The position numbers and the translations under genes were made by a program. From the IMG/VR virus record IMGVR_UViG_3300009159_000056, positions 19,992 to 83,991 of that record: a stretch of DNA of 64,000 nt, one strand, 5' to 3'. The DNA comes from a virus. The notes under the pieces are model-generated. The model saw nothing but the letters and a program-made list of their open reading frames with translations. It was not told the origin of the DNA and made no database searches. This document shows, piece after piece, positions 58,994-64,000 of this stretch; the stretch's first letter is position 1, and each line of letters begins with the position of its first letter.

Positions 58994-59265
58994 TATTGAT
59001 AGCTCTGGTGCATAGTTTCTACATATTCTACTGAATCGATACGGAATGATCGCCAGCCGCCATTATCCATATCCCAAACAGCGAGCGTGTTTAGGTTTTC
59101 TGGCTTCTTGTGTTCAGCTAGAAGATATCCCTTATCTGTTCCAGGAGGCAGATGCTTAGACATTAATGTGCAACGCATCTCACGACGATCGCCGTTGACC
59201 TTAGTAAACGTCACCTTAATGACTTGTTCCTGAAGATCCTTCAGTAGTACATCACGTTCATACAT
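58993..59265 (-). CDS. WYL_2/SH3-like protein
   Basis: VTFTKVNG..REMRCTL...VWD....GWRSFR.DSV. Confidence 0.75.
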   Translation of the reverse strand: MYERDVLLKDLQEQVIKVTFTKVNGDRREMRCTLMSKHLPPGTDKGYLLAEHKKPENLNTLAVWDMDNGGWRSFRIDSVEYVETMHQSYQ

Positions 59266-59275
59266 AATTTATTCC

Positions 59276-59533
59276 TCACTCATTAAGAAGTTTAGCTGTG
59301 GAAGTTGTCTGTTCATTAATGATGGTTTGGAGCTGTGAGAACCCACCAATGTTAAAACCATCTACAACAACGACGGGGAATGTGGCAGCGCTCGGGAACA
59401 TCTCTAAGAGAGTTTCTCGAGTAAAATCGCTATCGAGCTTGAGCTCTGTGTATGAAATATTTTTCGAAGCCAAAAGAACCTTGGCTTGACTGCAGTAAGA
59501 GCAGTTTTGCTTTGTGTAAAGAGTAACCTTCAT
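59276..59533 (-). CDS. Glutaredoxin
   Basis: YTK..CSYC..AK; TFPVV; IGGF. Confidence 0.9.
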   Translation of the reverse strand: MKVTLYTKQNCSYCSQAKVLLASKNISYTELKLDSDFTRETLLEMFPSAATFPVVVVDGFNIGGFSQLQTIINEQTTSTAKLLNE

Positions 59534-59658
59534 CCTAGTACCATCTCCCAATAAAGAGTAACATCTGCTTCGTTGAGAGGATCGAAATCAAGTTTCATCA
59601 TATCCTGCATAACGAGTAGTTCGAGTTCACTGTACATTTTCACCTCAATCATGTTATA

Positions 59659-59687
59659 ATTATACCTTACATTTGCTCGTTTGTCAA
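59659..59687 (-). promoter_or_regulatory. Consensus sigma70 promoter
   Basis: TTGACA-N17-TATAAT. Confidence 0.85.
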
Positions 59688-59696
59688 TATTTATCT

Positions 59697-59846
59697 TTAC
59701 CAGTGACGTATCACGCCAGCCACGATAAAGATATTTGTTATGATGTAGCATAGTATGATTAATGTTCTAATTACAGCAATTTTATCCGCTTCTCTATCGT
59801 CTCTACCGTATTTATCACCAAGCGCCTTAGCCCATAATCTCCACAT
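59697..59846 (-). CDS. Small membrane protein (49 aa)
   Basis: MWRLWAKALGDKYGRDDREADKIAVIRTLIILCYIITNIFIVAGVIRHW*; not in the ORF track. Confidence 0.7.
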   Translation of the reverse strand: MWRLWAKALGDKYGRDDREADKIAVIRTLIILCYIITNIFIVAGVIRHW

Positions 59847-59856
59847 CAATCACCCA

Positions 59857-60645
59857 TTATGCAATTTTACGATATCCGAGAACGGCTGTGACAGGGAACC
59901 ATCCAGTAGTAACTGCTTTAGCTGTGTTACCACCGAATACCTTAACATATTTAACACCATCTACTTCTTCAAAACCTTCAAAGAAACCAACATGACCAGT
60001 AGCTGAAGAACGACCACGTTTTGTAATTACAATATCGCCTACTTCTGGGTCTTTAGTTTTATGAACCAGGGTGAGGAAACTTCGAGCAGTCAAACTACCA
60101 GTGGTACTGTAACCTTCTCTGTTAAGAATAGCATTCGCAAATGCTGCACACCAAGGAATTCTGTTAGGATCGATAGGAACGTTATGATTCCCTTCTGCCA
60201 ATAAGGCTTTCAATTCTTGACGATTACCCGTAGCAGTTTTGCCTTCCCAACGTTTAGCTTGCTCGTACACCGTTAGGCTTTTATTGCAGCTATCGAAAAT
60301 ACCACAAGTTTTCTCTTCTTTCTTAGGAGCAGGGCGTGGAGTCTTAGCAGCAATTTTCTTTCTGTATTCGTCTCGTTGATATTCTCTTGCCCAATATTCA
60401 CCTGCAGACATATCATCAATTGGGGCAGAAAAAGAAGAGTAAGTTGTAGATCCACAACCAAATATGCCACAGTCTCTCAAGAATGCATTAAGCTTGTCTT
60501 CAACTTTAACAGCTTTCTTAGCAGGTTTGGTTTGCTTCTTCTTGACTGTCTGTTGAGTAGTCTCTTTATCTTTTGGTGCTGCATAAGCTACACCAGTAAA
60601 AATAAATGGTACAGCCAACAAAGCAGCTAGAATAATCTTTCGCAT
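59857..60645 (-). CDS. Secreted TIGR02594/CHAP-like cell wall peptidase
   Basis: Signal peptide MRKIILAALLAVPFIFTGVAYA; PWCAAFAN...ARSF...GDIV...GHVGFF...GGN; TATAAATA at 60674-60681. Confidence 0.8.
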   Translation of the reverse strand: MRKIILAALLAVPFIFTGVAYAAPKDKETTQQTVKKKQTKPAKKAVKVEDKLNAFLRDCGIFGCGSTTYSSFSAPIDDMSAGEYWAREYQRDEYRKKIAAKTPRPAPKKEEKTCGIFDSCNKSLTVYEQAKRWEGKTATGNRQELKALLAEGNHNVPIDPNRIPWCAAFANAILNREGYSTTGSLTARSFLTLVHKTKDPEVGDIVITKRGRSSATGHVGFFEGFEEVDGVKYVKVFGGNTAKAVTTGWFPVTAVLGYRKIA

Positions 60646-60687
60646 TTGTTTTCCTTTAGTTATTTCCATTTTCTATTTATAGAAGAA

Positions 60688-60763
60688 TGGTGTGCCGGGA
60701 GGGACTCGAACCCCCAACCAGACCGTTATGAGCGGTCGGCTCTAACCATTGAGCTACCAGCAC
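60688..60763 (-). tRNA. tRNA-Ile2(CAU) (lysidine type; Met not excluded)
   Basis: GTGCTGGTAGCTCAATGGTTAGAGCCGACCGCTCATAACGGTCTGGTTGGGGGTTCGAGTCC...CACCA; resembles alphaproteobacterial Ile2. Confidence 0.85.
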
Positions 60764-60769
60764 TTATTA

Positions 60770-60860
60770 TGGTAGGGATGCCAGGTTTCGATCCTGGTCT
60801 AGAACAGTCATCTACTGCTAAAGAGTTTATAAGTCTCTCTCGTGTCCAACACCCACCCCC
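60770..60860 (-). tRNA. Non-canonical tRNA-like RNA, UAU anticodon, long variable arm
   Basis: 7-bp acceptor stem + ACCA; T arm CCAGG-ATCGAAA-CCTGG; loop CTTATAA; V arm AGCAGT/ACTGTT; minimal D arm. Confidence 0.7.
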
Positions 60861-60865
60861 ATTAA

Positions 60866-61339
60866 TTAAGCAAGGATCTCCTTGAGTCTATCAGCAGCAT
60901 AGGAAGCTGCAAAAGCTTCTGGCTTTACCTTTGGTGCGAAACCACACATACCACGGATATAGCCAGTCGCTTGCTGAATGACGCATGAAGATCCATGCAT
61001 TTCATCAGGGTTAATGTCAAGATGAACTTCACAGTGACGGTCGCCGATAGATTCAAACAAGTCGATGTACATAGCCGAAGCCTTGTACACTTCCTGCATC
61101 AAGCGGTACGCTGGGCGGTCATGCTTTTTATCATAATCTCGCTCAGTAGTGACTTGCCCGAATACCTTACATCCACGTGACCCATCAAGATGAATAACGA
61201 TAGCAACTGTGTAATCAGCATACCACTGGTTATCGCGACCACGATACCGCTCAGAATCGGCTCCAATGTAAATATTGGATGTATCTGAAGCGCGACTGAT
61301 AAATTCTTTAACTTCATCGAGGTTAAACTCTCTTGACAT
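60866..61339 (-). CDS. RNase H-like YkuK/DUF458 family protein
   Basis: IYIGADS; RLMQEVY; EVHLDIN; KPEAFAASYAAD. Confidence 0.8.
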   Translation of the reverse strand: MSREFNLDEVKEFISRASDTSNIYIGADSERYRGRDNQWYADYTVAIVIHLDGSRGCKVFGQVTTERDYDKKHDRPAYRLMQEVYKASAMYIDLFESIGDRHCEVHLDINPDEMHGSSCVIQQATGYIRGMCGFAPKVKPEAFAASYAADRLKEILA

Positions 61340-61355
61340 ATTTCACCTGTTTTAT

Positions 61356-61429
61356 TGGAGCGGGATACGAGACTCGAACTCGTTTCTCTAGCTTGGAAGG
61401 CTAGGGCACAACCTATATACCAACCCCGC
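61356..61429 (-). tRNA. tRNA-Gly(UCC)
   Basis: CTAGC-CTTCCAA-GCTAG anticodon arm; U discriminator + CCA. Confidence 0.9.
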
Positions 61430-61437
61430 AATCTATA

Positions 61438-61533
61438 TTACTTCTTCTTACCCTTGGTGCGACGCATTTTACGCTTTGCCGAACCAACCTTACGGCGACC
61501 CTTACGTGGGCGATTCTTATGAGGATGAGGCAT
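61438..61533 (-). CDS. 31-aa highly basic peptide
   Basis: MPHPHKNRPRKGRRKVGSAKRKMRRTKGKKK*; TGATG overlap with upstream gene; GGAG RBS. Confidence 0.7.
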   Translation of the reverse strand: MPHPHKNRPRKGRRKVGSAKRKMRRTKGKKK

Positions 61534-61751
61534 CAATCTTCTCCAAAGTTCATTGTTAAAATCATTCTCTTCGCTTTTTCTGATCCAAGTCTCTGGACCA
61601 AAATATCTTTACCTGTAGTAATCATCAACGTCGATAACAGAATAAGATCTTCTGCATCGTCAGTCATCAATATTTGTCGTTCAATTGGCCGAAACAATTC
61701 TCTCATACGTTTACGTCTATAAGCAGGACTATCTCGATCTATCTCAGACAT
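61533..61751 (-). CDS. Hypothetical protein
   Basis: Coupled to neighbours at both ends. Confidence 0.65.
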   Translation of the reverse strand: MSEIDRDSPAYRRKRMRELFRPIERQILMTDDAEDLILLSTLMITTGKDILVQRLGSEKAKRMILTMNFGED

Positions 61752-62557
61752 TATTCGATCCTTACTTTGTTGTTTTTATCAACAGCAGCCTGCAACACAC
61801 TCATTTCAACACCAAGGCTCTTGGCATAACTGAGGAGAGCAGAGGTATCCTTCGGGAAACATGCACCACCAAATCCAAACAAACCATCAGGTCCAGGTAC
61901 CTGCATATGACTCCAACCAATTCTGTCGTCGTTAACAATCATCTTAGTTATAACATAATAGTCTATGTTAGAAGCTTCCGCTACCTTTTTTATCTCATTC
62001 ATAAAAATAACTTTGGTCGCCAAATATGTATTTATCGCATATTTAACCAAAGAAGCTTCAGCAGGAGTACAAAAAAGATGGCTAGTCAAACCAACCAGAG
62101 GAAGAGTAATGATACGAGCGGCTTCGCGAGCGAAGATGTTAAATGAAGCACCAATGACGACAAACCGACTATTCAAGTAGTCTGCAGTTGCATTAGCAGC
62201 AGTAAGAAACTCTGGCGCATGAATGAGGTTGGGATATTCCTTACTCAAACGTTCATACACATCAGGAGGAGCTGTGGTCTTGCTGATAATCACACCAACA
62301 TAATTCTTAAATGCAGGCAAAATTTCTTCCAAGATAGAGGTGTCGCAAGAACCATCTTCTTTCTGAGGGCTTGGTACGCAAATGAATACTGCATCACACT
62401 TACGCAAGTCTTCATACGAATCACAAAATCCCTTAGATGTATCGCTATCTCTTAGGAAGAATTCTACATTCGCTACACAAGATTCATACGCCGCCTTAAC
62501 AGCCGAACCGACGAATCCAAGACCGATAATTCCAATTTTCAATTCCATCATTATCAC
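61751..62557 (-). CDS. UDP-glucose/GDP-mannose 6-dehydrogenase family protein (short form)
   Basis: GIIGLGFVG; FICVPSP; PEFL; KYAINTYLATKV.F.NE; GFGGACFPKD. Confidence 0.88.
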   Translation of the reverse strand: MIMMELKIGIIGLGFVGSAVKAAYESCVANVEFFLRDSDTSKGFCDSYEDLRKCDAVFICVPSPQKEDGSCDTSILEEILPAFKNYVGVIISKTTAPPDVYERLSKEYPNLIHAPEFLTAANATADYLNSRFVVIGASFNIFAREAARIITLPLVGLTSHLFCTPAEASLVKYAINTYLATKVIFMNEIKKVAEASNIDYYVITKMIVNDDRIGWSHMQVPGPDGLFGFGGACFPKDTSALLSYAKSLGVEMSVLQAAVDKNNKVRIE

Positions 62558-62568
62558 CTATAAAATTT

Positions 62569-62646
62569 TGGTGCCCCAGGTCGGATTCGAACCGACACTG
62601 TACGGATTTTAAGTCCGTTGACTCTAACCTGTTGGCCTACTGGGGC
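62569..62646 (-). tRNA. tRNA-Leu(UAA) with short variable loop
   Basis: ACGGA-CTTAAAA-TCCGT; only ACAGT before the T arm GTCGG-TTCGAAT-CCGAC; ACCA end. Confidence 0.85.
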
Positions 62647-62655
62647 AATGTTTAT

Positions 62656-62684
62656 ATAATAGCCTATTTATTGAGAAATGTCAA
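62656..62684 (-). promoter_or_regulatory. Sigma70-type promoter for tRNA-Leu and downstream genes
   Basis: TTGACA-N17-TATTAT about 10 nt upstream of the tRNA. Confidence 0.7.
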
Positions 62685-63062
62685 GTGCGATTTTCTAATT
62701 CGGCAGGAAATCCACGAATTATAATATTCGGCTGATTCTAAAACGTTCTTCAAGAACTGTTCTTTAGCTTCGAAGTACGAAGCTTCTCCCTTTGACTTGC
62801 ATAGCCTTATGATTTCTCTGCGAAACGCTTTCTCACCGAACTTCTCAACATCTGCCTTGAGCTCTTCTGAAGATCCATAGTAATCTTTCCAATCAGACTC
62901 AACTTTAAAACGTTTCTTTTTACCCTTCACCTGTTTCGTTTTCGAAAAGGTAAATCCTTTTTTGCCGATATACTTTCTATCGTTAACAAGATTAGTAATT
63001 AGATAAACGAACGAAACCCAATTTTCTCGATCTTCAAACACTATTCCATTGTAAGTCCACAT
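62664..63062 (-). CDS. GIY-YIG family endonuclease (catalytic domain only)
   Basis: FVYLITN..N.RKYIGKK; YYGSS; F.REII...E. Confidence 0.8.
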   Translation of the reverse strand: MWTYNGIVFEDRENWVSFVYLITNLVNDRKYIGKKGFTFSKTKQVKGKKKRFKVESDWKDYYGSSEELKADVEKFGEKAFRREIIRLCKSKGEASYFEAKEQFLKNVLESAEYYNSWISCRIRKSHLTFLNK

Positions 63063-63091
63063 GAGGGAATCTCCTTATTCCCTCATATTTA

Positions 63092-63247
63092 TTACTCGTC
63101 AAAAGCTTCTTCTTCATCCCAGCCATCTGGCTCGAGCGGGAGAAATTCGCCACAGAATGGACAGTAATCAGCTCTATTATCATTATCAGACATAACGTCA
63201 AAGCTTGCTTCACACTCTTCGCATGTGATATCGTATTTTACGCTCAT
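63092..63247 (-). CDS. Small zinc-ribbon protein
   Basis: CEEC...CPFCG; start MSVKYD. Confidence 0.7.
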   Translation of the reverse strand: MSVKYDITCEECEASFDVMSDNDNRADYCPFCGEFLPLEPDGWDEEEAFDE

Positions 63248-63615
63248 GTTGTCGAACCTTTCGTTATTAATGCTGCTGAACTCCATCTAATTTGCGAAGT
63301 ACATTTTGGATGGTTACATACATAATGTGTCGCCTTATTTAGATCTATTCTACATGTTGTACAAATGTTATTGAATGGCCATGGATTAGTTGTATTAGGA
63401 TGATCTCTTGGCCACTGAATATCCATTGTCTGTGCAGGTTGGTGTTGTTTAGTCGTATCAGGAACATACGTCTTGTCTTTATTAAACTCTTGCTTTGCCG
63501 CTTCCCATCCAGCCTTGAACCCAAGCTCGTAAGGCGATGGGGGAGCAAACTCCTGCATAAACTCAGCACAACGCTTCATAAGATCATCGTACTTATTCTT
63601 ATAATTGTCAGTCAT
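63244..63615 (-). CDS. Hypothetical protein with Cys cluster
   Basis: CTTC...CNHPKC. Confidence 0.55.
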   Translation of the reverse strand: MTDNYKNKYDDLMKRCAEFMQEFAPPSPYELGFKAGWEAAKQEFNKDKTYVPDTTKQHQPAQTMDIQWPRDHPNTTNPWPFNNICTTCRIDLNKATHYVCNHPKCTSQIRWSSAALITKGSTT

Positions 63616-63877
63616 TTTTTTTCTCTAAGTTTGCATTCATCATCTTTTCTGGATTAATGGTACCAACATACCAGTCCTCAGGCTTGTACTTCCTAATCTC
63701 TTCTCCATGCTCATCGAGATAATCAACATACGCTTTCATGGCACGTTGTTCCCAACGCTTTTTATAATAAAGTTCAACTAAATTTTTATGTTCTTCTTCA
63801 GTATGTGAGAATTTCCAATAATTGAAAAGTACCCAAGCCTTAAAACTACACCATCCATAATATAACCACTGTTTCAT
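63608..63877 (-). CDS. Hypothetical protein
   Basis: Start MKQWLY with GGAG RBS. Confidence 0.55.
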   Translation of the reverse strand: MKQWLYYGWCSFKAWVLFNYWKFSHTEEEHKNLVELYYKKRWEQRAMKAYVDYLDEHGEEIRKYKPEDWYVGTINPEKMMNANLEKKND

Positions 63878-64000
63878 TATTTTCTCTCCACCCAAAATTC
63901 AGGACTAGGATGTCCCATTGCTTCTTCTACTGCACGATAACCTTCCTTATAAACTGGTCTATCGCTTTTTAAATTATCAGCACACCATTTTACTGCCTCA

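Noticed and set aside
60646-60885. ORFs across tRNA genes (also 61099-61431 and 62382-62612)
   Set aside because: Incidental translations of tRNA sequence and neighbouring genes.
1-64000. Stop-codon reassignment
   Set aside because: Core genes are full length in the standard code; TAA, TAG and TGA all terminate genes; no suppressor tRNA was seen.

Overview
This is a 64-kb segment of a large T4-like myophage genome. The host is probably an alphaproteobacterium (Rhizobiales-like), judging from a permuted alpha-type tmRNA, an Omp25/RopB-like outer-membrane protein, a rhizobial-type peroxiredoxin and tRNA-Ile2. 1-34 kb (minus strand): tail-fibre and lectin genes, a split DUF4815/VrlC-like protein and baseplate genes (gp8, gp7, gp6, gp25, PAAR, split gp5, hub, gp53, gp48). 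34.1-40.1 kb (plus strand): gp4, gp2, gp54, gp26, gp51, a holin and a tape-measure-like protein with a CHAP-type domain. 40.1-64 kb (minus strand): gp32, gp59, gp33, RNase H, PhoH, an exonuclease, sugar-modifying and redox genes, many small early genes behind sigma70-type promoters, four tRNAs, one non-canonical tRNA-like gene and a tmRNA. The most notable observations are: (1) an apparent programmed -1 frameshift fusing gp26 to an ATG-less gp51 just upstream of the tape-measure gene, resembling lambda G/GT; (2) a two-piece permuted tmRNA; (3) a non-canonical UAU-anticodon tRNA with a long variable arm, next to tRNA-Ile2; (4) a start-codon-sequestering hairpin coupled to a late promoter on a GIY-YIG gene; (5) duplicated fibre+lectin two-gene modules. 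All calls come from motif recognition by eye; no searches were run.
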